This document shows, in pieces, positions 37,605 to 51,790 of a stretch of DNA of 64,000 nucleotides. Source of the stretch: Mobula hypostoma (taxonomy: Eukaryota); assembly GCF_963921235.1 (NCBI RefSeq), contig NC_086097.1, forward strand, positions 161,140,001 through 161,204,000, read 5' to 3'. A model generated the notes under the pieces. It did no database searches, had not been told where the DNA came from, and worked only from the letters and a program-made list of their open reading frames with translations. The translations under genes were made by a program, and so were the position numbers. Numbering within the stretch: position 1 is the stretch's first letter; the number at the start of each line of letters is the position of its first letter.

Positions 37605-40346
37605 GATTACATTCCACTCTTAATACCTTCCACACTGCATCTTCAACTTGCACGAAATTTTCACTATTGTTTCAGAGAATATTCCAGACACAGGTGGCCA
37701 ACACTGACCTTTGTGACAATTACAGCTGGACATCTGACATGGATTGCCCACATTTTAAAATTTGGGTGGGCAGGACTTGGTTAATGACATGAATGTTCCC
37801 CTCAAGCACCGGTGCAAAATCAACAATTCATCTCTAACTTATTGCAACAAGTGACGAGAATTCTTTCTGGTCTAAGGCAAGGTACATTCTATCTGTGGCA
37901 GATAATTCAGCCTTGTACTCAATAACTTCACCTTGAGCTGTTGTTTGGAGTGGGGGGAGGGAAATATCTTTTGGTAAAATATTTTATAAAGACTAGTTGA
38001 AGATTATTTTCAGTTTATAGTGGAAGTGATGTGTATCAGGATTTCAATCAAAATCCACTTGGAAAATTTCATTTCCAACAGAATAAAAATCTTGGTATGC
38101 AGCATATATGAGGCTTTGGGGTATTTTTCTTTGTTGTTTTAATTAATTTTCAGGATATGGGCATTGCGATCAAGAAGAGCATTTATTGCCTATCCATAAC
38201 TCTGCTTGAGAAGGTGATGACAGACTGCCATCTTGAACTTTAGGTAACCTTATAGTGAAGATAGTCCTGAAGTGTTCTGCATTGGGAAACTCAGTATTTT
38301 GACCCAGTGATGACAAAGTAGCTCCAAATCAAGATGCCATGTGACACAGATGGGGACTCTAGGTGTTGATGTTCCCGTCTATTTGCTGCTCTGGCCCTGC
38401 TTGGGGTTGGAGGTCACAGGATTTTGGGTTACTGCCAGAATAGCCTCCGCAGCTAATAGTTAGCACACACCCCAGCAATTGTGCTAAGGTAGTGGAGGGA
38501 ATGAATGTTTAGAGTGGGAGATGGAAGCCAATCAAACAGGTTGTTTTGTCCTGAATGATAATGAGCTACTGTAACTAAGAGTTCTTTAAGCTGCACTCAT
38601 CCAGATAAGTATAGAGAATTCCATCACACTCTAAAGATCACGGTTAAAGATGACACTGGTGAACTTCAGTGACTCCTGGCTGTTGGCTAGTGAAACAAGG
38701 AAGACAACTAAATACTTCGGTAATCACGCTTTTTCTGGGAAACCATCATCACAAGTAATAGTCTCAACTTTGCTTTGGACTTGAAGACAATTCAACATGG
38801 CAGGACCATGGCCAGGCAAGGAGGACTCAAGGTTAGATCGATTTAAGCACCATGCCAAAGGCTGAATCAAGGCTGTGAGGCTCGACTGAACTCGATGTCT
38901 GGACGGAGACTTACGTGCTGTGCCAAATCGGAAAGGTCGGTACAAACTGAATTGAGAGATTGAGACTCAGGCCCCAGAGTGTATCAAGGCGATTAAACCT
39001 GATGTTAGGACGTCGATTTTTACACTAGGCCTGACTGAAAAGGTCAGGGTGTTGGGGCCCAAAGCAAGACTCAGACCGGTTCAGATCACTACTCCACGAG
39101 ATGTACTCGGTTCTGCGCTGAACTATGCTTAACTGCCGGACTCTCTTGCGTACTTCGGTTCAGAACACTATTTGCTTGTATTCTGTTTCTCTCTGCACAT
39201 TGGGTGTTCTACGGGCTTCTTTTTTTATATGGGCCCTTTTGGGTTTCTTTATTTTGTGGCTGCCTGTTAGGAACAAATCACAAGGTTGTATAACATATAC
39301 GTACTTTAATAATAACTGTACTTTGAACTGTGAACTTGTGCCTTCCGGATGGTGGAAAAGGGTTAGATGTCAGGAAGTGAGTCATTCACCACAGGATATC
39401 CAGCCTCTGACCAAATGTTGCAACAACAGTACTTATGTGGCTGGTCCAATGTTTTTGGTCAATGCTCATTTGATGATGTTGACAGTGAGGGATCAGCAAT
39501 GGTCATGCCATTGAGTATCAAGGAGAGGTGAATAGGCTCCTTCTTGTTGGAGATGATTGTAGTCTGACATTTTTGTGGTATGAACTGGGGTTGCCACTTA
39601 TCATCTTATGCCAGATTGTTGTCTAGGTCATTCTCTGTACAGACATGGGATGCTCATTGCTGAGGAATTTTTGTTTAGACCAAGGCTGTGATGAAGTCCG
39701 GAGTCATGTGGTTCTAGCAAAACCTAAAATATGCATGAGTGAGTACCCACACTGTCAATAACAACTCCCATCACTTGACTGGTGATTGAGAGTAGACTGA
39801 TTGGTCAGTATTTTGGATTTGGATTTGTCTTGCTCTTATGAATAGGATGTACCTGAGCAATTTCTACATTGCTAGGTAGATACCCATGTTGAACTGTATG
39901 GAAAATGCTTGGCTGAGGCCCAGTGTGTGTTTGGAGTGTGTGTCTTCAGCTCTTCAAGGATGTTGTCTGGTCCCATAGCCTTTATCCAGTTCTGACAGCT
40001 GCTTTTTGATATCATAGAAACATTCAAGCAGTATTTATTGCATAATGTAAACCAAACCTAGTGGCAGAAATAAGCAGAAACTTCTTTCTCATCAAGATTC
40101 TCAACAGTGCTGGCAATGTTCCCTTTTAATACAAATGAGCACAGACTTCATTGCACATAAATGCCAAAAATTGGAATTACACCATTTTTGATGTGTTAAC
40201 TCATTGTATTTGTCACTGATATCTATTCCCTCACAAAAGTCACAAAGTTGCCATTGGAGCAGGTGACCACTCATTTACATGTTATCTTCAGTACTGCAGG
40301 ATGTGAGGTGGTTATATGCATAATTTTCAGCTGTCGTTAATTACTG

Positions 40347-40643
40347 ATGTTAAGGACTGCATTGTGGATAGTGATGCTGTTACTTCCAAAGCTGTCGGAT
40401 GTGGTCTCCTGCTGTCAGCAGAGTGCCCTCATAAGTAGTGATAAAAGCATCCAACAACCACTGTTCCAAGACAATCACAGTATGGAGATTTTTGCTCCAG
40501 TATCTGAAGGTACAGACAGAATTGTGCATTTTGCAAATAATAAAATAACTCAGCATCTGCCTGATGCTGGGAAAGGATCGGGGTGCTATATGAATAGTCC
40601 ACAGGAGAACACAGTCCAACCTCTGATGCTGTTTCATTCATAA
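40347..40643 (+). CDS. Candidate small ORF or coding exon with signal-peptide-like N-terminus, unidentified
   Basis: An acceptor-like taattttcag at 40321-40330 precedes ATG MLRTALWIVMLLLPKLSDVVSC. The sequence is non-repeat, and no homology was recognised. Confidence 0.15.
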   Translation: MLRTALWIVMLLLPKLSDVVSCCQQSALISSDKSIQQPLFQDNHSMEIFAPVSEGTDRIVHFANNKITQHLPDAGKGSGCYMNSPQENTVQPLMLFHS

Positions 40644-41934
40644 ATGATTCCTCACACAATCTTCTCAGAGTAGAGTCAAAGGAACCGGCAGGGCCCAATT
40701 CCAGTAGCCAGCTAAAGGCTCTTCCCAGACCCACTCACAAGTAGTGAGCGAGTAAATATACAAAAGCTAAGTATATTGATATCCTGGTGATTCTAAGCCA
40801 AATACAGCCATCTAACTGTTAGCAAGATACATTGTTGACTGAATCCATTTACTTAGCTATTACATCATTTATGTATAACCAGTGCTTATTGACCATTTGA
40901 TCTACAATGAAGTCCAGTTCTTAGATTATTTACAAGTTATGCTTTCAGAGCCATAGAACATCCAAGTCTCTGACTTTATTGGCTTCACATTTCCCTGTAA
41001 TCCAAGCCTGTTTCCTTTGTTAGCAAAGTTCTCTGGCAACTGAGGACTGCCAAGAACAAGCTGCGTGATTGTGGCTGAGTTCCAGCAGCAACTTGAAACA
41101 GTTAATCAAGGTTTTGGCTTCTGTCTCTGTCAAACTGGTTAACCCTTACCTGGGCCTGTTGTCCTTTGAGTGTGGGAAATCAAAAGTAAATCTGGTAAAG
41201 TGTAACGTAGGTGTGAGCAAAATGTTCTAAAAGTCAATCCAGTCTAACAGCAGAGAATAATCTATGTAATTATCTTTACAAAGCCCTTATCCTCTCCTGT
41301 CACTGACGCACATCTCTGTAATAGCTAGTTCTATTACTTTATAGTTCAATTGAATTCAATTGGTCGAGACCTAATTCTGAACACAGGAAATAGAAACAAA
41401 ATATTCTTCCAGCATCTTGCATCTGCATTGTCTTTAATAATGTCATGGCTGATATTTTACCTCAATGCCACTTCCCTGCACTTCCCCATATCCTTCAAAT
41501 CTATCAATCCCTTATCTTGAATATACTCACTGCCCTGAGGTAGAATATTAATTGAATTTTAGGTTAATAGAATCAAGTGAATTTTTCTTGCCTTTTTTTT
41601 TTGGTGCTAACATACCAGAATTCGTTATTCCAACGTTGCGATGTGGCCCAGCATGCCCCTCACAGAATCAAGGCAGGCACCTACACTGGTTCAATGAGAA
41701 AATGCAAAAGAGAATATCTGGAGCAGCCCTTTGGCAAAATTAAAGGTGCGGAGACAAAGGTGCTTTACAGGCCAATGTGTATGCAAGGGGCAGATAAGCA
41801 AGTTCTGAAGAAGGTTCTTGGCCCAAAACCACAACTATCTATTCATTTCCGTAGATGTTGCCTGACTTATTGAGTTCCTCTGGCATTTTGCGTGTGTTGC
41901 CCCAACCAAATGATCAAATTAAAGCTCTACTGTT

Positions 41935-42680
41935 CTGCCTCTTCCATTTGTGAATGAGTTAAAAGAATAACAGGAGAAAAAGGCTCCAGTAAGCCTGTCC
42001 CTTAAAGAAAGCAGGATCCAGCAAATATGCCAAAGACTGAAGCCTATTCTCTGCAGTTTCTCCTTACAACTCAAGCCCCCGTCAAAGTCTTGCAATTTTT
42101 TCTGCATTCTTTCTAGTTAAATAAAATCTTTCCTGTAATAGCGTGATCAAAGCTGTGCCTTCACCAATATCTTATATAATTGCAACATAATTTCCCAACT
42201 GCTATACTCAATAGCCTGAATAATGAAAGCCAAAGTGCTTCTTCATCACCCTATCTACCTGTGATGCTGCTTTCAGCAAAGTATGCATATGCACTCTTAT
42301 GCTCCATAACACTTCTCAGGGCCCTACCATTCACTGTATAAGACCTACCCTTGTTTAATCTCCTAAAATGCAAAACCTCATATTTATCTGGATTGAAAAC
42401 CATTTGAAAATCCTCAGTCTACGTACCTAGCTGATCAAAATTCCCCTATAATTTTTCATATTCTTTTACACTGTCTACAGCACCACCCTTTGTAGTGTCA
42501 TCCACAAACTTCCAAATCATTTATGCAAAATGCAAGCAACAAAGGTCCAGCACAAACCCCTTGGTACACTACTGGACACAGGCCTCCAGTCTGAGAAATA
42601 ACTCATGACCACCACCATCTACTTCTTACCATTAAGCCAGTTATGAATCCAATCCACTATCTCCCTCTGGATTTTTTTTG
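41935..42680 (-). mobile_element. Old CR1 ORF2 3' fragment
   Basis: The minus strand shows decayed FVDDTTK, KYEVLHF and LERMQKK segments of the CR1 RT C-terminus. Confidence 0.6.
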
Positions 42681-43224
42681 TAACTTGCAGCCATTTTATG
42701 CCTTGTATTTCTAGTATCTGCAAAATGTCTTGGCTTTATAAAAACGTCTTTGTTCATTTTATGCACAAAGCCATGCTATTTGTCTCAGATCACAGTCTAT
42801 CTCTCCAAATGTTGGTAGATCCTGTCAGCCAGAATCTGGCAACAATTGTCAGCCTGGAAAGAATGATCCAATATGGCTTTCTCCTGAGATCTCCATAATT
42901 GCAGAAACTAGTCTTTGGCCAAACTAATCTTCACTCCACTTAACATCCGGAAACAACTGAGTTCACTGGATGCAGCAAAGGCTATGGGCTGTAATGATGA
43001 AGGCTTGTGTTCTAGAAATAGCCACAACTCTACCAGTTTGTTCCTGCTTTGTTATAACTCTGATATCTAACACTGGTTTCTAGCTGACTAAAATAAACTA
43101 TGAGACTTATATGGATAAAAATTTTTGAAAGTGATATGGACCAAACATTGACAAATGGAACTAGTTTAAAAACAAATCTTGATTTACATGGATCAGTTAG
43201 CCCAATGACTCTACATACCACACA

Positions 43225-43815
43225 TTGAATTGACTTTATTACTTACATCCTTCACATACATAAGGAGTACAAATTTTCACGTTAGATCTCCATCTAAATG
43301 TGTAGTGTGCAATTTATAGTAATTTGTAATAAATAATATGTACAACAGGACAGTCAATACAGCGTTGAAATACAATTGTATCAGCGTGAATTAATCAATC
43401 TGATGGCCTTTTGGGAGAAGCTGCCCCAGAGCCTGTTGGTCCTAGCTTTTATGCTGCAGTACCATTTCCTGGATGGTAGCACCTGGTACAGTTTGTGGTT
43501 CAGGTGACTTGGGTCCCCAATGATCCTTTGGGCCCCTCTTATGTACCTGTCTCTGTAAATGTCCTGAATAGTGGGAAGTTCACATCTACAGGTGTGCTAG
43601 GCTGTCCGCACCACTCTCTACAGAGTCCTGCAATTGAAAGAAGTACAGTTCCCATACCAGGCAGTGATGCAGCCAGTAAGGATGCTCTCAATTGTGCCAT
43701 TGTAGAAAGTCCTTAGGATTTGGGGACCCATACCAAACTTCTTCAACCATCTGAGGTGAAAGAGACCCTGTTGTGCTTTTTCCACCACACAGCCGATACG
43801 TACAGACTACGTGAC
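43225..43815 (-). mobile_element. Rex1-related LINE 3' fragment
   Basis: The minus strand reads AQQGLFHLRWLKKFGMGPQILRTFYNGTIESILTGCITAWYGNCT, with a 3' aataaagtcaattcaat tail. Confidence 0.8.
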
Positions 43816-45344
43816 TCTATGATTCTATGACTCTATGTGGAAAATTGCCCAGGTATGCCCTATCAATAAAGAAAATCCAAAAAACTGGAAAAACCTATCT
43901 GACTAAATACCACTTATTACCACCTGCTTGTCCACCTCTCTATTTCAGAGTCTTCCCACCTAAATGGAAGCCAGTAGTGTTAATCAGACTTGCTTCTGGT
44001 CAAAGTAATTATTAAAGACAAACATACAAGCAACGGTTAACATCTCACAGGAAAATGTCTGAAAATCTGTTCCCAACATACAAACCATAGAACAGCACAT
44101 CAGAGAAGTAGGCCATTCATCCTACAAATGCTGTGCTAACTCCTGTTAATCCATTGTCTTGTTCTTTCCACGGAACTTTGTAATTTTCCTCCTTCATGTA
44201 CTTTTTCCCATTCTCTGTAAGATCTACAATTGAATCCGTATTGGCCACCTTATTGGGAGGGTATTCCAAATCCTAAGTATTCAATGAAGGAGAAGATTCT
44301 CCTCATATTATTCCTGGTTTATAAGTCTCAAATCAACTCAGGTTCACGCTCTCAGTTTATCACTGTTTCAAGTTAATGGAAACATTTTTTTTTCTATTGG
44401 GTCCTTATTTTATTTTCCAAAGCACTTACTCGTGCCGATGCGTATACTATTTTTAAACTTAAATCATCATAAATGAGAAAGAGGAAACTTAACACTGCTC
44501 CCTGTTCAGGATCATGTATTTTCTTTGCATGCCAGCAAAATACAAACATATCATTCCTACTATTTTTCACATGCAACTCTACAAATTTTGTCTTGTTTTT
44601 AAAGCCGCAGTACAATCTGATTCTGGCTCTTCCCCCTTCCTTTCTAGTTCTGATAAAGGCCCAAAATGTTGACTCTATCCCTTTCAATAGATGATTGCTG
44701 ACCTCCAGCATCGTGTGTTTTACTCTGCATTTCCGCCATCTGCAGAATGTCCATTGTGGAGGACTGTATTTGGCTACTGTAGATCTGAAAGAGACAGGAG
44801 AGAGGATTTAAGTTCCTTTCCTAAATTCCATAAGGCAGCTGTGTTTGAGGGGCATGCACTATCTGACAAATTCTATCAGTCCATGTTTAAGTGAACAGGA
44901 GACATTATTCATCTTCAGGGCTATTTAAGGTAATTTCTTTTTTAGCACATACATTGGAAACTTGAGCTGTGTATGATCTTACGAGGTTTATTAAGATGGC
45001 TGGAAAGGGAGACAGATAAGCAGCTTCAGTTGATAGGTCATCCATAGAGTGCCAAAATTCAAAAATTGCCCCTACTTAACTAATAATGTGTACAGAATAT
45101 GGACAGAAAATCAAAAATCAGTGAAAGCTGGAAATCTGAAATTTCAAAAATGCTATGTGTATACAGCCCTATTCTGAACCAGAATGGAAAATCAGATTTG
45201 ATTAGGAACTTAAGGTTACAGAATTGATGACTTATGGCCAAGTATGCAGATGATGAAAAGATAAGTGGAGGGAAAAGTAGTTTTGAGAAAGGGAGATGTC
45301 TGTAGAAAGTCTTGGATAGATTAAGAGAATGGGCAAAGCTGCCA

Positions 45345-46730
45345 AACACTCCTCATATGTTAACCCCTTCATTTCCAGAATCATACTCGTGAACCTCCTC
45401 TAGACTGTCTCAAATGACAACACAACCCTTCTAAGATACGCAGCCCAAAACTATTGACAATACTCTTAAGTACAGCCTGATTAGTGTCTTATAAATGCTC
45501 AGCATTATCTCCTTGCTTTTATATTCTATTCCCCTCGAAATAAATGTCAAACATTGCACTTGCCGTCTTTACTACAGACTCAACCTGTAAATTAATCTTC
45601 TGGGAGTTTTGCATGAGGACTCCTAAATTGCTCTGCACCTCTGATCTTTGAAACTGCTCCCTATTTAGATAATAATCGTCAATATTGCTTCTTTTACCAA
45701 AATGCACTATCATACATTTCCCAACACTGTATTCTATCTGCCAATTTTTTGCTCATTCTTCCAATTTGTCTAGGTCCTGCTGTAATCGCATTACTTATTC
45801 AGCACTACTTACTCCTCCACCTATCTTCATATCATCTACCAACTTTTCCACAAAGCCACCAATTCCATTGTCTAAATCATTGACAAGCAATGTGAAAAAT
45901 AGCGGTCCCAATACAGACCTCTGAAGAACACCAGAAGTTACTGGCAGCCAACTAGAAATGACCCCTTTTATTCGCAATCGTTGCCTCCTGCCTGTCAACC
46001 AATACGTTATCCATGCCAGTATCTTTCCTGTAATGCCGTAGGATTTTATCTTGTTAAGCAGCCTTACGTGTGGCACCTTATCAAATGCTTTCCTAAAATC
46101 CAGAAAAATAACTTCCACTGCCAGTTTTGTCCACCCTGCTTGTAATGTCCTCAAAGAACTCTAACAGATTTGTCGGGCAAGATCTCCCTTTACGGAAACC
46201 ATGCTGACTTTGACTTATTTTATCATTAGTGTCCAAGTACCCCAAAACCTTAACCTTAGAAATAGACTCCAATACTCTTGCAGCCAATAGGGTTAGGCTA
46301 ACTGGCCTATAATTTCTATTCTTTTGACTTCCTCCCTTCTTAAAGAGTGGAGCCCTCCAGTCCTCCAGGACCCTGCCAGAATCAAGTGATTCTTGGAAGA
46401 TCATGCCCAATGTATCCATTATCTCTTCAGCAACCTCTCTCAGGACCCTGGGTCGAGGTGACTTATCCAAAGGTGACTTTGAGTTTGCCTAGCACTTCTT
46501 CCTTTGTAATAGAAATGGCATTCACTCCTGCTCCCTGACACTCACGGACATCTGGCACACTGCTGGTGTCATCCACAGTGAAAATAGATGCAAAGTACCA
46601 ATTAAATTCATCTGCCATGTCTTTGTCCCCCATTACTACCTCACCAGCATCATTTTCCAGTGGTCCAAAATCAACTCTCAGCTGCCTTTTACTTTTTATA
46701 TAACTGAAAAAACATTTGGTATCCTGCATT
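45345..46730 (-). mobile_element. CR1 LINE ORF2 RT fragment
   Basis: Reads KCFFSYIKSKR, DKSPRP, PLFKKG...NYRPVSLT, SQHGFRKGRSCPTNLLEFFE, LDFRKAFDKVPH, VTSGVLQRSVLGP. Confidence 0.92.
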
Positions 46731-47825
46731 TTAATAAGGAAATTACATGAAAAATAAAGAGGAACAGTCAAATATAACTCACTGTCACAAAGGTTGGTTG
46801 AAGCAGCAAACGTCTTCACATGTACAAGGTACCTGGATGAGCTGGTGATGCACCAGAACCTCACACTGCTTTGCACTGAGGGCAGGAGAGTGCAATGGGT
46901 CTAAAGCACTCCTTTTCATCTAGTATGGGTACAATGGGTCAAATGGCCTCTTTCTGTGCTATAAATCTAAATGGTTCCATGATTCAATGATCATTAAAGG
47001 TGATAAGAAGAGTGAACAAATCAGACTAAGTAATAATTTTATATATCTACCTAAAAGCTGACAGAACAGCAGCTTAGCTGCACCCATACACCGCCCCAAT
47101 TCAATCTACTTCTCACAGAGAATAAAACCAGGCCAGATGTGCAGTGATTCTCGTATCAACATTCCAGTGGAACCTTTTCCAACAGTCTTCAATGTATAGG
47201 CTAGGTTAAAAACTTCCCCTTAAAAATATGTTTCGAAAGGCTGTGGCCAGCTCAAAAAATAAGGAAGACTTCGGATTTCAAAGTTTTAAGTTAGATTAAA
47301 AGACTTGGAAAACATTGATTGAGTGCATTGCTAAAAGTATTCATTTGAAAGCTGACATAGTGATACAGTTCCTGTGGCATAACACCATAACAACATCAAT
47401 TTTACATTTTCGTTACAATCAGCCACTTTTAAGTGGATATCTGATGTTATAGTTATATCCTGAATTCACTTATTACTCACTTCTGCACACAATATTATGC
47501 ACACCATTTTACCAAGGTTACTAATTCAAAAGCATAATTTTACAGATGCTAGAAATCTAAAATACCAAGCCAACTCTTTACAAGTTTTGTGATCTATTTC
47601 TGTAGATGCTGTGAGTGCAGTTTATAATATTACTCTTATAACTAAAAAGCTGTTAATTCCAATTTTTCACTTTTATACATTTCACTTATTGAAATTTTCT
47701 TTGGTTTATACTTTAGTGGTTTAAGTTTATTTGCATTAATTCTCCAGTCCTTGAGAGTCTGTGGGTTGTAAGCAGTTCACAGCAGTTTACCAAAGCAGTG
47801 CAGACTTGAAGAAAAAAGAAAGATC

Positions 47826-47970
47826 TGACGTCAGCTGCCTCTAAATCATCCCTGAGTTCCTCTAAGCTGGCCAAAGGCAAGTCCGAAACGATGCACTGTG
47901 TGTCACATCACTAAACATCTGAACTACAGAGAGAACCAGCTGCTCACACAGAAGTCGACTGAAAGTAAGT
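47826..47970 (+). promoter_or_regulatory. Candidate promoter/non-coding first exon: full CRE, E-boxes and consensus 5' splice site
   Basis: TGACGTCA at 47826-47833 overlaps CAGCTG; a second CAGCTG lies at 47937-47942; AAA|GTAAGT at 47964/47965; the region is a repeat-poor island. Motif evidence only. Confidence 0.25.
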
Positions 47971-50900
47971 TCCCCTAATGTGCACTTTGTAAGAAAAGTT
48001 CTAAAAGGACAGTTTATGAAAATAATCTTTCTACCTATTTTAAAATTCAGAACTAGAAGTCTCACAATTTGTAAGGTCTTTGTTTCTTAATGAAACAAAA
48101 CAAGCTTGTTTTTAGAAGTAAGCTTAAGTAGTAGTTTGTAATAGATTAAGATTTAAAGTAGTTCAGTACTTATTTTGCCAGTTATTACATGGTGCAGTAC
48201 TACAGTTTCAATGTCAGACATGTTGATTGTGATACACAATTAAGTATACTGTTGACTGTAAAACTGGAGTCTCTCAGTGAAAACAACATATTAAATAATA
48301 CTCTACATTAACTATATAATGGACATTATTTCCAAATCTGTCAGTTTGATTAAACTTCCCAGCACTATTGAAGAGAACATAGCCCATTTATAGTATCATC
48401 TTTTGCTTCTAAGTTTTTCATTTAAGTGTATTATCAACATAGAAGCATTTTCCGTTAATGTTAAAAACAAGACAAATAACCTCTGGATATTCAGTAACTT
48501 TTCCTTTTCATTTGCTGCAAATCAAATGAGCTCTGGTCTGTAGTGAAAGCTGTTGGTAAATGTAATACGATATTTGTTATAACCACAAGAGAAAAAAAAT
48601 GAAAAGGTAGATGCACAAAGATTTTAATATGCTTTTGTAAGAACTATGGGAATTATGTCAAAAGTGAAGAGAGTTTAATGGCTGAGCAAAGAAAGTGGCA
48701 GAGAGTGCTTAATATCTCTAGGCAGTGTGCAAGTTAATGGTGGTTTTGAGATGGAAGATGAAGTGGAGCTGGACGGAGTTGCTAATAGGTTGCTAACTGA
48801 AGTCGGAAAGTAAGATTGCTCAGAGAATGTGAGGGAAATTACTGGTCTTAAGTTTGAGTGATGAACTGGGGCACTGAGTTTGAAGTTAAGTTTGTGCAGG
48901 AAATGAGAATAACCAGGACAAAAATTGAGGAATATAATCTAGCGATGATGAATGTACGAACTTTGACTATAGCAGATGATGAAAATTGTTTTGTATATAA
49001 ATGTTCAGCATTTGTTTATCACTGTGACAAAGAGAATTTTAATATCTCAGGCAGCTTTTTCAGTCTGATGGGTAGCTGCCTGATGAAAATGTTGCTGGTT
49101 AAAATTCAGATTTATAAAAACTAGCAGATTTCCTGGAACATCACAGCAGCCTTTCAATATAGATCATGATAACTTTAAGTTTTCTAATTCTTCCTCAACA
49201 CTCCCACTATCTCCCCACTATTCCCACCACATTTATCCCCTTGAGTTTCTGAGCATTCAGCTGGAAATTGTAGAGGACTCTCAGAGTCATCCAAATACAT
49301 TTCTAATTTCTAATAAGACCATAAATCCATAAAACAGAGGAGCAGAATTAGGCGTAGTTACAGCAGCAGACAGGCAATTCTGTAGCCGTGATGAAGACAT
49401 CCGGATGATATTTTGCCTCCCAAGAGCCAGGTTCAGAGATTTCTCGGATTGGGTCCACAGCATTCTAAAGTGGGGTGAAGTGGGGGGGGGGGGGGGAGGT
49501 TGAACAGCCAGAAGTTGTGACACATATTGTGCCAACAACGTAGGTAGGAAATGGGGGGAAGTCCTGAAAAGAGATCTTAGAGAGTTAGTTAGAAAGATAA
49601 AAAGCAGGACCTCCAGGGTAGTAATCTCTGGATTGGTGTCTGTGCCATGCGCCAGTCAGAGTAAGAAGATGTTTTGGCAGATGTATGTGTGAACTGGAGC
49701 GGGGGGGGGGGATGTTTTCAGATTACTCAGTGATTTGGATCTCTTCTGGGGACAATATGACCTGTACAAAAAGGACAAGTAACACCTGAACCCAAGGGAG
49801 ACCAATATTCTTGTGGGCAGGTTTGCTAGAGCTGTGGAGAAAATTTTAAACTAATTTAGCAGGGAAATGAGAAACAGAATTATAGGGCTGGGGATGGGGC
49901 AGTTGGTATGCAAGAAGCTGCCATGTGTAGTGAGACTGTGAGGAAGGACAGGCAGACGACTGGGCAAAATTGCAGTCAGTAGGATGAGTTGAAATGTACC
50001 ACGGGGGCAAAATCAAAAAAGGTGATGAGAACAGGACTGAAGGTGTTATATTTGAATGCTCACAGTATACGGAATAAGGCAGATGATCTTGAGGCACCAA
50101 GAGAGATTAGCAGGTATGATGTTGCGGGCGTTACAGAGTTGTGACTGAAAGAAGATCATAGTTGGGAGCTTAGCACCTTGTATCAAAAGGACAGGCAAGT
50201 TGGCAGAGGGGGTGGGGTGGCTCTGTTGGTAAAAGATGAAATCAAATCCTGAGAAAGAGGTGACAGAGGATGAGAAGTTGTAGAATCCTTGTGGATAGAG
50301 TTAAGAAACTGCAAGGGTAAAAATACCCTGGCGGGAGTTGTATACATGCCTCCAAATAATAACCAGGATGTGGGATAAATAACAATGGGAGATAGAAAAG
50401 GCATGTTAAAAGGCAAAGTTATGATAGTCACGGGGGATTTCCATATGCAGGTAGATTGGGAAAATCAGGTTGGAAGTGGATCCCAAGAGAAGAAATTTGT
50501 AGAATGTATACGTGATAAATTTTTAGAACAACTTGTAGTTGAGCCCACTAGGGGAAAGACAATTCTGGATTGGGTGTTATGTAATAAATGAAATTTGAGG
50601 TAAAGGAACCCTTAGGAAGCAGTGATCATAATATGGTAGAATTCACCCTGAAGTTTCAGAAAGAGAAGATGAAATTAGATGTATCAGTATTACAGTGGAG
50701 TAAAGGGCATGTGTCATGGTCCGTATCGGGCTCCTCTTAAGTTTACTTTGTTTGTGTTATGATCCGGACCGTTGACTCCCTGTTTCCCTTTAATTCCCTG
50801 TTTTCCCGTATCCCTCGGGCTTGGTGATTAAAGGTAATTTACTCTCAACTGAACCGGCAGTTTGTAAGTCTCCGGCTTCAGCTGCTCGGCGCTAGAGCAT

Positions 50901-51351
50901 TAACAAAGTCACCAAAGCCAGTGTGAGCCAATGTCATCTGGCCAGAGCCAACTAAGCTTCTTGCCGGAGCAAGCCAAGTCTCGTCCCGAAGCAAGTGCCA
51001 GCAAGCCGCCTTCCCTTGCCAGAGCAGGTCCGTCAAAGTTAACCCGCCGGGGTGAGTCCAGAGCTCACCGCTGCTTGGAGTGCATTTGTGCCCAGTTATA
51101 GCACTGTCCATCATTGTGCGGTCTCCGTATCCATGTCCTGTGACTAAAAGGGGTCCTGGCCCTGTACCCTGGAAGGGTTCTGACCCTGTCTCAAGAAGAG
51201 TCCCTACTCCATCCTGTGTAAAAGGAGGATTCCCGGCTCAGTTTTATGTCCTGTGTCTTCGTCTGAATCTGTCCAATGAATGAGAAGAGTCCCGGCTCCG
51301 TCCTGTGTCAAAGGAGGAGTCCCGGCTCAGCGTTCTATGTGTGTGTTAGAG

Positions 51352-51589
51352 ATCCTTTTCAAATCTTTTTGTTATTATATTATTCACAAAAAATAACACG
51401 AGTACATCGAAGTAACAACACTTGCAATGTCTCAAGGAAAAAAAATTATCTTAAAGATTGAAAAATTTTGTGATGATAAAAAAACCCTACTAAGCAGAAA
51501 AAGTGGTTAAAAAAAACTCCATTAGGTATACAGCCCCACAGCCATGCGTCATACAAAAAGCTTCTAAAAATAAACATCAAACGGCCAGT
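51352..51589 (-). mobile_element. AT-rich L1-like 3' UTR fragment nested in the solo LTR
   Basis: Abrupt AT-rich block; the minus strand ends aataacaaaaagatttgaaaagg; flanks tgtgttagag (51342-51351) and tgtgtttgag (51590-51599). Confidence 0.55.
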
Positions 51590-51602
51590 TGTGTTTGAGT
51601 TC

Positions 51603-51790
51603 CAAGTCCAAGCTCCGAGGTTCAATTATCAAGTCCCGGCTCCAAGGTTCAAATATCAAGTCCTGGCTTCGAGGTTCAAGTACCAAGTACTGGCTCCGAA
51701 GTTCCAAGTATCAAGTCCTGACTTCAAGGTTTCAAGTATCAAGTCCAAGCTCCGAGGTTTCAAGTATAAAGTCCTGGCTCCGAGGTCCGA
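51603..51790. repeat. 27-28-bp minisatellite, about 7 copies, inside the LTR
   Basis: The unit is approximately caagtcctggctccgaggttcaagtat, repeated head to tail. Confidence 0.85.
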
